Below, piece by piece: positions 1-8,789 of a stretch of DNA of 54,384 nucleotides. Made by a program: the position numbers and the translations under genes. The stretch is taken from assembly GCF_018977255.1 (NCBI RefSeq), contig NW_024704836.1, positions 124,001 through 178,384 of the forward strand. The letters run 5' to 3'. Numbering within the stretch: the stretch's first letter is position 1; the number at the start of each line of letters is the position of its first letter. Source of the stretch: Callorhinchus milii (lineage: Eukaryota). The notes beneath the pieces were generated by a model. That model did not search any database, had not been told where the DNA came from, and was given only the letters and a program-made list of their open reading frames with translations.

Positions 1-296
1 GTCTGTCACTGGGAGCTTTGGTGACTCAGAGGCCGCGGACAGTCACAGCCAGAGAGGGGGAGACAGTGACTTTGAATTGTCACCAGGACGACAGCTCTCT
101 TACTGTGATGCTCTGGTACATCCAACCCCATCAGGGAGGCCTCACATTGATCGGGTATGTCGTTAACTCAGCGATAACGTATGAGAAATCTGGCCACAAC
201 ATTACCAAGACACCTGACAACATGAACTCCACCCTGGAGATCTCCAGCATAAACCCAACCCAGGACGGGGTGTATTACTGCGCTGCAAGAGAAGGG
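1..296 (+). CDS. TRBV: TCR beta V exon (V1), open frame but defective RSS; leader lies outside the window
   Basis: Encodes LSLGALVTQ..LNC..MLWY..YYCAAREG, an Ig V-set pattern. Followed by heptamer CAAAGCG (297-303, CAC changed to CAA), a 21-nt spacer and nonamer ACATAAACC (325-333). Confidence 0.88.
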
Positions 297-587
297 CAAA
301 GCGTGAGAGAGACAGATCTCTCGTACATAAACCTTACACAGGATACCCAACCACTCGATTCTATACACACACACACCAGCCCCTCCCACGCTAACACCTG
401 CCCTCAGTCTCTGCAGAAATAAAACGCATCAACACAGACGATTGAGAGACAGAGAGAAATAGAGGTTCAGGGCCGGAGTAGCCACGGCTCCATGTCGCCC
501 ACTCCACACTGTTCCCTCTGTGTCTCTGAATCTGGGACCAATTTTGTGATCTGTGTTCCTGACCAATACCCCGGGGGAGGCTGTAAC

Positions 588-1070
588 TTCACTCGGTTAG
601 TTCCTGGGATGAGGGAACTGACCTATGAGGAGAGGCTGAATAAACTGGGACTGTATTTTCTGGAGTACAGAAGAATTAGGGGGGATCTTATTAAAACATA
701 TAAGATTATTAAAGGGCTGATAAAGTAGACACTGAGGGTCTGTTTCCCCGGTGGGAGAATCTATAACCGGGGGTCACAGTCTTAACATTAAGGGTCAGCC
801 TTTTAGAACAGAGTTGAGGAAACATTTCTTCATTCAGAGGGCAGTGACTTTATGGAATCCACTCCCCCAGAAGGCTGTAGATGTCAGTCCTTGAACATCT
901 TCAAGGCTGAGACTGATAGATGTTTAAAAAATAGAGGGATTAGTGGATATGGGGATAGAGCAGGTAATTAGAGTTAGGTCAGAAGATCAGCCATGATCTT
1001 ATCAAATGGCGGGGCAGCTCGAGGGGCCAAATGACCGACTTCTGCTCCTAATTCTTATGTTCTTATGTTC
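588..1070 (+). mobile_element. CR1-type LINE 3' fragment
   Basis: ORF 492-728 contains [35 protein letters not shown] (CR1 ORF2 C-terminus). The fragment ends in a CTTATGTT repeat tail. Confidence 0.85.
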
Positions 1071-1380
1071 ACTCACAGGCTTCCCTTTCCCCACAAAAGA
1101 GCTTCCAATTCAACCCCAATCCCCCGCTCTCTCTCCATAACCTGCAAACTTGTCCTCCCCAAATAGTTATCTGCTTCTCCCTGAGAAGCTGTTATCGAAT
1201 GGGCTTCCACCAGCCTTTCAGGCAACGCATTCCAGATGCATCTGTGTCTCTATCTCTGAATTTGGCACCAATTTTGGGACCCGCTGTACCCAGTTCATAC
1301 CCCGGGGGAGGCTGTAGCTTCACTAAGACACCTCCCCTCCTCCCCAGCTCCACCTCCCATCACTGGGGGGAGGTGAGGCC

Positions 1381-1395
1381 CACTTCCGATGTGGT
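1381..1395 (+). promoter_or_regulatory. ETS+RUNX composite motif in the V promoter (also at 2801-2815 and 3861-3875)
   Basis: CACTTCCGATGTGGT (ACTTCCG plus TGTGGT), about 130-220 nt upstream of the V2, V3 and V4 leader ATGs. Motif match only. Confidence 0.45.
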
Positions 1396-1523
1396 GCAGA
1401 CTTTACTCTGTCAGAGCTTCATTCCAGAGACATAGAGAGAGGGAGAGACAGAGAGACAGTGACAGAGAGAGGAACCTGAGCTCTGGTGTGAGGTTCCCAA
1501 TGTTAATCCAAGTCTCTGCCTCA

Positions 1524-1572
1524 ATGAGTCTGTCCTTTCTCACCGTCTCTCTGATCTCCATCCTCTGGCCCT
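1524..1572 (+). CDS. TRBV: V2 leader exon
   Basis: ATG, MSLSFLTVSLISILWP plus 1 nt, then a GTGAGT donor; phase 1 matches the V exon acceptor. Confidence 0.9.
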
Positions 1573-1756
1573 GTGAGTATCTCTCAACATCTCTCTCATC
1601 CCCGTAAACTCTCAAATCCACAGGGATTACATATCACACCCTCTCTCTGTCCGCCATGATTGCGCTTTGTGTGTGTGCGTAATCCATTGAACACCCCCCA
1701 GGACATTCAGCACAGATTCCCTGTCGGCGGATCTCATTGTTATATTGCCTTTGCAG

Positions 1757-2056
1757 GTCTGTCACTGGGAGCTTTGGTGACTCAGAGGCCGCGGACAGTC
1801 ACAGCCAGAGAGGGGGAGACAGTGAGTTTGAGATGTAGCCACAACGACAAATCCCTTGATATGATGCTTTGGTACATCCAACCCCATCAGGGAGGCCTCA
1901 CATTGATTGGATATAATGAATACTCAACTGTATATGAGGACAAGTTTAAATCCGGCTACAACATTACCAAGACACCTGACAACATGAACTCCACCCTGGA
2001 GATCACCAACATCAACCCAACCCAGGAGGGGGTGTATTACTGCGCTGCGAGAAGGG
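1757..2056 (+). CDS. TRBV: TCR beta V exon (V2), apparently functional
   Basis: TTTGCAG acceptor and an open V-set frame ending YYCAARR. RSS is CACAGCG, 23 nt, ACATAAACC (2057-2095). Confidence 0.92.
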
Positions 2057-2944
2057 CACAGCGTGAGAGAGAGACAGATCTCTCGTACATAAACCTCACA
2101 CAGGATACACAACGACTTGATTCTATACACACACACACACGCCAGCCCCTCCCCCGCCAACACCTGCCCTCAGTCTCTGCAGAAATAAAACCCATCAACA
2201 CAGACGATTAGGAGACAGGGAGAAATCGAGGTTCAGGGCCGGAGTAGCCACGGCTCCATGTCGCCCACTCTCCACACTGTTCCCTCTGTGTCTCTGTCTC
2301 TGAATCTGGGACCAATTTTGTGATCTCGTGTTCCTGCCCAATACCCCGGGGGAGGCTGTAACTTCACTAAAAGTCTTCCCTTTCCCCACAACTCAAACCT
2401 CCCACCAATGCCCCACTGGTGGGTGGGGCACGAGAGCCACTTCCAGTGTAGAATGATAGAATTATACAGCGCAGATGGAGGCCATTCGGCTCATCGTGTC
2501 TGTGTCGGTCTTTGAAAAGAGCTTCCAATTCAACCCCACTCCCCCACTCTCTCCCCATAACCTGCAAACTTGTCCTCCCCAAATAGTTATCTGCTTCTCC
2601 CTTAAAAGCTGTTATCGAATGGGCTTCCACCAGCCTTTCAGGCAACGCATTCCAGATGCATCTGTGTCTCTATCTCTGAATTTGGAACCAATTTTGGGAC
2701 CCGCTGTACCCAGTTCATACCCCGGGGGAGGCTGTAGCTTCACTAAGACACCTCCCCTCCTCCCCAGCTCCACCTCCCATCACTGGGGGGAGGTGAGGCC
2801 CACTTCCGATGTGGTGCAGACTTTACTCTGTCAGAGCTTCATTCCAGAGACATAGAGAGAGGGAGAGACAGAGAGACACAAACAGAGAGAGGAACCTGAG
2901 CTCTGGTGTGAGGTTCCCAATGTTAATCCAAGTCTCTGCCAACA

Positions 2945-2993
2945 ATGAGTCTGTCCTTTCTCACTGTCTCTCTGATCTCCATCCTCTGGCCCT
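2945..2993 (+). CDS. TRBV: V3 leader exon
   Basis: Same 49-nt leader with a GTGAGT donor. Confidence 0.9.
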
Positions 2994-3176
2994 GTGAGTA
3001 TCTCTCAACATCTCTCTCATCCCCGTAAACTCTCAAATCCACAGGGATTTCATATCACACCTCTCTCTGTCCGCGATGATCGCGCTTTGTGTGTGTGCGT
3101 AATCCATTGAACACCCCCCAGGACATTCAGCCCAGATTCCCTGTCGGCGGATCTCACTGTTATATTGTCTTTGCAG

Positions 3177-3475
3177 GTCTGTCACTGGGAGCTTTGGTGA
3201 CTCAGAGGCCGCGGACAGTCACAGCCAGAGAGGGGGAGACAGTGACTTTGAATTGTCACCAGAATAACACAGCCTATCAAACAATGCTCTGGTACCTCCA
3301 ACCCGATCAGGGAGGCCTCACATTGATCGGATATGCTGTTCTGTCAAACCCAACGTATGAGAAAGGCTTTCAATCTGGGTACAACATTACACAGAGAGAT
3401 GACAAGAAGAAATCATCCCTGGAGATCAAGAACCCAACCCAGGAGGGGGTGTATTACTGCGCTGCGAGAGAAGGG
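3177..3475 (+). CDS. TRBV: TCR beta V exon (V3), apparently functional
   Basis: Open frame ending YYCAAREG. RSS is CACAGCG, 23 nt, ACATAAACC (3476-3514). Confidence 0.92.
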
Positions 3476-4094
3476 CACAGCGTGAGAGAGAGACAGATCT
3501 CTCGTACATAAACCTCACACAGGATACACAACGACTCGATTCTATACACACACACACACACCAGCCCCTCCCCCGCCAACACCTGCCCTCAGTCTCTGCA
3601 GAAATAAAACCCATCAACACAGACGATTGAGAGACAGAGAGAAATCGAGGTTCAGGGCCGGAGTAGCCACGGCTCCATGTCGCCCACTTTCCACACTGTT
3701 CCCTCTACGTCTCCGAACCAACGACTACTTTTATGACCTCTTATTCCCGGGCAATACTTTGGGGGAGGCTATAGTTTCACTAAGACACCCCCATTCCCCC
3801 ACATCTCCTCTCCAACCAATGTCCCAGTAGGTGGGTGGGTGGGTGGTGGGAGGGAGTGGCCACTTCCGATGTGGTGCTGACACTTTGGTGTCATTGAAGC
3901 CTTTCCTTTCCAGAGCTTCATTCCACAGAGATAGAGTGAGAGAGAGACAACGTTTAGGAAAGTTGAAGGGGAAAGTTATTGAGAAAGTTAACCCGAGAGA
4001 GAGTGTGAGTGTTAAAGAAAGAGTGTATGTGAGAGAGAGAGGAACCTGTGCTCTGGTGTGAGGTTCCCAATGTTAATCCAAGTCTCTGCCAACA

Positions 4095-4694
4095 ATGAGT
4101 CTGTCCTTTCTCACTGTCTCTCTGATCTCCATCCTCTGGCCCTGTGAGTATCTCCCAAAGTCTCCCAATTTCTCTCAGGCTCCCAATTCCACTGGAATTT
4201 CATATCAATCCCCCTCTCTCTGTCTGAGAAGATCCGGCTCTGTGTTGTGTGTGTATGTGCATGTGTGAGTGTGTGCGCCCGTATGTGTATGTAATTCCGA
4301 GGATCAGACCAGGACCTTCTCGTGGGCAGGATGATGGATGTTATATTGTCTTTGCAGGTCTGTCACTGGGAGCTTTGGTGACTCAGGAGCCGCGGACAGT
4401 CACAGCCAGAGAGGGGGAGACAGTGACTTTGAATTGTCACCAGAAGGACACAGCCTATCAAACAACCTCTGGTACCTCCAACCCTATCAGGGAGGCCTCA
4501 CATTGATTGGATTCAGTTCTTATTCAAACCCAACGATGGAGGATGCTTACAAACTTGAGTACGAAGTTAAACAGACAGACGACTATAAGAACTGTTCCCT
4601 GGAGATCAAGAACCCAACCCAGGAGGGGGTGTATTACTGTGCTGCGAGAGAAGGGCACAGCGTGAGAGAGAGACAGATCTCTCGTACATAAACC
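4095..4694 (+). pseudogene. TRBV: TCR beta V pseudogene (V4): leader 4095-4143, V exon 4358-4655, RSS 4656-4694
   Basis: Net 1-nt deletion near 4466 (AACAACCTCTGG versus AACAATGCTCTGG in V3/V5) splits the domain over ORFs 4249-4506 and 4338-4691. The RSS is intact. Confidence 0.85.
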
Positions 4695-5243
4695 TCACAC
4701 AGGATACACAACGACTCGATTCTATATACACACACACACACCAGCCCCTCCCCCACCAACACCTGCCCTCAGTCTCTGCAGAAATAAAACCCATCAACAC
4801 AGACGATTGAGAGACAGAGAGAAATAGAGGTTCAGGACCAGAGTAGACACGGCTCTTTGTCGCCCTCTCTGTGTCTCTGCCTCTCAATCCGAAACCAATT
4901 TTAGACCAACTGTTCCCATTCCATGCCCTGGCGGAGGCTGTAATTTCTCTGAGACACCTCCCCTCCTCCACCTCCCATGACCTACTGGGAGGGTGGGCGA
5001 GGCCAATGTTGGGCCAATACTTTGGTGTCATTGGTGCGTTTACTGAGCCAGAGCTTCATTCCACAGAAACATAGAGATAGCGAGAGAGAGAGACTGTGAG
5101 ACAGAGACAGATGACGTTGTCAGAGAGTGTTCTTGAGAAAGCTAAATAGAATGAGTGCGAGTGGGATATGAAGAATATATGTTTGAGAGAGAGAGAGAGA
5201 GAGAGACAGAAGTTCCCAAGGTTAATTCAAATCTCTGCCAGCA

Positions 5244-5292
5244 ATGAGTCTGTCCTTTCTCACCGTCTCTCTGATCTCCATCCTCTGGCCCT
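5244..5292 (+). CDS. TRBV: V5 leader exon
   Basis: 49-nt leader with a GTGAGT donor. Confidence 0.9.
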
Positions 5293-5477
5293 GTGAGTAT
5301 CTCTCAACATCTCTCAATTCCCCTCAGGCTCCCAAATACACTGCGATTTCATATCCAACCCCTCTCTCTGTTTGAGATGAGGGATGTGTTTGTGTGAATT
5401 TGAGTGTGTGTAATTCTGGGAATCAGACCAGGACATTCCCTGTGGGCAGGATGATGGATGTTAAATTGTCTTTGCAG

Positions 5478-5782
5478 GTCTGTCACTGGGCGCTTTGGTG
5501 ACTCAGTCGCCGGGAACAGTCACAGCCAGAGAGGGGGAGACAGTGAGTTTGAGATGTTACCAGAAGGACACAGACTATCAAACAATGCTCTGGTACCTCC
5601 AACGCCACCAAGGAGGCCTCACATTGATCGGCTACGTTCTCATGTCATCCCCAACGATGGAGACAGATTTTAAGCCGGACTACAACATTACGCAAACCAA
5701 AGACAAGAAGAACTCGTCCCTGGAGTTCTCAATCGGGAAAGCAGCCCAGGAGGGGGCATATTACTGCGCTGCTAGAGAAGGG
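5478..5782 (+). CDS. TRBV: TCR beta V exon (V5), D-proximal, apparently functional
   Basis: Open frame ending YYCAAREG. RSS is CACAGCG, 23 nt, ACATAAACC (5783-5821). Confidence 0.92.
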
Positions 5783-6189
5783 CACAGCGTGAGAGAGAGA
5801 CAGATCTCTCAAACATAAACCTCACACAGGATACCCAATGCCCCTCACGACACCACACACACACATACACACCTGCGTAGATTCGCATACAATATTGACA
5901 ACCGCACGCTGTGTCCAACTCAACCCAGATGATTGACAAATAGAGAGAGGTGTTTTAGGCAGGACAATACAATTCCTCTATCTCACCAACTTCCTACATT
6001 TTTCCCTGCTCGCTTCTATCTGGGAATATGGCCATCTTGTGGACTGTAGTTCACAGTCCGGCCACTCAAGGAGGCAGCCATCCTGGTGAGTAGACGTTTC
6101 TAATTTTATGGCAGGAACATCCATTTCATCACCGCCCTGACCTTCCCTCCTTGTCCCCATCTCCGTAATTAACAGCAATATTGTGATAT

Positions 6190-6770
6190 TGTGACACTGA
6201 CACCTCTATGTAGCCTGATATTAACAGTGAGAACCTCTATATAGTCTGATATTAATAGTGAGAACCTCTATATAATCTGATAAGAACAGCGACACCTCTG
6301 CATAGTTTGATATCAACAGCGACACCTCTGCATATTCTGATATTAACAGTGACACTTCTATATAGTCTGATATTAACAGCGACACCTCTATATAGTCTGA
6401 TATTAACAGTGAGCACCTCAATATAGTCTGATATTAACAGCGACACCTCTGCATAGTCTGATATTAACAGTGACACTTCTATACAGTCTGATATTAACAG
6501 TGAGCACCTCAATATAGTCAGTTATTAACAGCGACACCTCTATATAGTCTGATATTAACAGTGAGCACCTCAATATAGTCTGATATTAACAGCGACACCT
6601 CTATACAGTCTGATATTAACAGTGAGCACCTCAATATAGTCTGATATTAACAGCGACACCTCTATATAGTCTGATATTAACAGTGTCACCTCTATATAGT
6701 CTGATATTAACAGTGTCACCTTTATATAGTGTCACCTTTATATGGTCTTATATTCAGTGACACCTCTATA
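6190..6770. repeat. About 30-bp AT-rich minisatellite between the V cluster and D
   Basis: Repeats of GACACCTCTATATAGTCTGATATTAACAGT and variants. Confidence 0.9.
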
Positions 6771-6947
6771 TAGGTTGGCATTAGAAGCCATATTTGCTAA
6801 TTTGGATAACATAAGACATTGGAAAAGGTGCCTTAAGGGAGGCAAAGACTGTGCTTTTGCCGTGTAGATCGTGTTGGGGGGGGGCGGGTGGGGTGGGGTT
6901 GTGGGTGGGGGCGTTGTGGTCTTTCTGCCTCTCTCTCTGTCGGTGGG

Positions 6948-7028
6948 TGTTTTTGAACGAGTCTTTCTCATTGTGGGGACAGGGGGGAGCACTGTGGTAC
7001 ATCTCTCGGTAACAGCTGTACAAAAACT
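6948..7028 (+). other. TRBD: TCR beta D segment (coding 6976-6989, GGGACAGGGGGGAG) with 5' 12-RSS and 3' 23-RSS
   Basis: TGTTTTTGA, 12 nt, CATTGTG | D | CACTGTG, 23 nt, ACAAAAACT. GGGACAGGGGG is the conserved vertebrate D-beta core, and all three frames are open. Confidence 0.95.
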
Positions 7029-7404
7029 AGGTGTGGGAGGGGATTCCTGTAGGTCCATCACAGATGGGGTTTACGAGTAACTTCTGGTTGGACTTAGTTG
7101 TGAAGCAGGAGAGAGAGAGAGAGAGATGGTAGGAGTAACAGGAAGGGAAGTTGTGGGAAAGACAGGAGTGAGACCAGAGAAAGAGAGGGGAGGGGGGGGG
7201 GAGAGAGTAAGAGAGATGAATAAGAGGAGGGGAGGAAGCAGATAGCAAATGAGGGAAAGATGTGAGAGCAGGAGAGAGGGGGGTGAGAGAGGCAGAGAAA
7301 GAGTGAGATACAGGGAGATAGAAGGAAGGAAGGAGGAGAGAGTGAGTGAAAGAAGAGGGGGGCGAAGAGATGGAGGTGTTTATGTCAGTCGTTGACATGA
7401 TGTG

Positions 7405-7452
7405 CAAACACTATTGCGTATTTCGGAGAAGGGACAAGACTGAGAGTCCTGG
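7405..7452 (+). CDS. TRBJ: TCR beta J1 (NTIAYFGEGTRLRVL)
   Basis: RSS TGTTTATGT, 12 nt, TGATGTG (7377-7404); FGXG motif; GTAAGT donor. Confidence 0.9.
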
Positions 7453-7561
7453 GTAAGTATTACCTGGATGTGAGGGTCTGTCTGTCTCTCTCTCTGTCTC
7501 TGTCTCCCTCTGTTTCACTGTCTCTCAGACAGGAGATATATGTCAGACACTGCTCGCTGTG

Positions 7562-7610
7562 TACACCAATCCAGCATTCTTCGGTGATGGGACTAAACTG
7601 GTTGTTCTCG
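7562..7610 (+). CDS. TRBJ: TCR beta J2 (YTNPAFFGDGTKLVVL)
   Basis: Heptamer CGCTGTG (7555-7561) with a degenerate nonamer; FGXG motif; GTGAGT donor. Confidence 0.88.
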
Positions 7611-8029
7611 GTGAGTTCAAGACATTTTTAAATACATTTCGCCCACAAATATACGGTCAGTTCACTTTCCAGTCCATTCTGTGAAGCGCTTTGAGACGTC
7701 GAGAAGATGTGAAAAGCGCGATATCAAATGCAAGGATTATTATTATATTATTATAAATCTTAGGTAAAGTTCTGTCCTCTAACCCCACAACCCCTGCTCT
7801 CTCGCGTGGGTCTGCTCTGGTCCTCTTTCCCCCACACTGGAGCTCTCCATTCTCATCCCATTCCCTACTCTCTCTCCCAACCCTCCATCATGTCCTTGTT
7901 GATGTTTGCCTTTGAACTCTGTCTCTCTCTCTGTCTCAATCCGTCTTTTTCTGTCTGTCTGTCTCCCTCTCTTTCTCTCAGTCTTTCTCTCTCTCTCTGC
8001 TTCTCTGTCTCTATCTTTCTCCTGTCTCT

Positions 8030-8072
8030 GATGTAAACTGCTTTTCAAATGGAACAAAGTTAATCCTTATCG
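8030..8072 (+). pseudogene. TRBJ: Pseudo-J (DVNCFSNGTKLILI), paralogue of J3, no recognisable RSS
   Basis: Similar to 8339-8388 with a GTGAGT donor. Preceded by a CT microsatellite instead of an RSS. Confidence 0.65.
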
Positions 8073-8338
8073 GTGAGTTTGAGTGGGTTTTTCTGATTCA
8101 AATATGAGCATCGGACACAACTTTGTCTCAGTCTCCCCGTCTAGTTATCTCTCCATCAGCCTCTGGCTGTCTGTTTGTATGTTACTCTCAGACTCATTCT
8201 CTCAGCTCCTGTGTCTCTCGCTCTATCCACTCTTTCTCTGCCGTGCCTTGTCTCAGTCTCTGTCTGTCTCCCTGATGTTTTTCTCTCTCTCTATCTCTCT
8301 CTATGGTTAAGGTTTTAATACGCCCACCTGTCTCTGTG

Positions 8339-8388
8339 CTCCTCTGGTGTAAACTACTTTGCAGATGGAACAAAGTTAATTGTTCTCG
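8339..8388 (+). CDS. TRBJ: TCR beta J3 with non-canonical FADG motif (SSGVNYFADGTKLIVL)
   Basis: RSS GGTTTTAAT, 12 nt, CTCTGTG (8311-8338); open frame; GTGAGT donor. Confidence 0.8.
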
Positions 8389-8489
8389 GTGAGTTTCAGT
8401 TCATTTCTCCGGTTCAAAATGTCTGCGTCTATCCTGAACTTTGTCTCTGTCTCACTCCCTCAGTCTCTAACTTTAATTCTCTCTCAGCC

Positions 8490-8522
<33 letters not shown>

Positions 8523-8789
8523 GCTGTGTGTGTCTCTGTCTTTAACTCGCTTTGTCTCAGTCTCGCAGGCCGTCTATCCCTCGATTTGTCCCGGTATCTA
8601 TCAGTCTATCTCTCTCTTAGTCCCTCTCTCTCTAAGTCTCTGTCTCTCAGTCTGTGTCTCAGTCTAATTCTCTAAACCTTTCTGTCTCTGTCAGTATCTC
8701 TCTCAATCTCTTCTTCTCTGTTCTCCCCCTTTCTCAGTCTCCCTCTCTCTCTTTCCCGCACCTCGTATCTCTCAGTCTCTCTCTCCATC

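Noticed and set aside
1757-3177. V cassette period (1420 bp) nearly equals the snoRNA array period (about 1420 bp)
   Set aside because: The two share no sequence and both periods vary with indels, so this is treated as coincidence.
6990-6996. D 3' heptamer CACTGTG as a bidirectional RSS
   Set aside because: No upstream nonamer lies at the correct spacing for use in the reverse sense.
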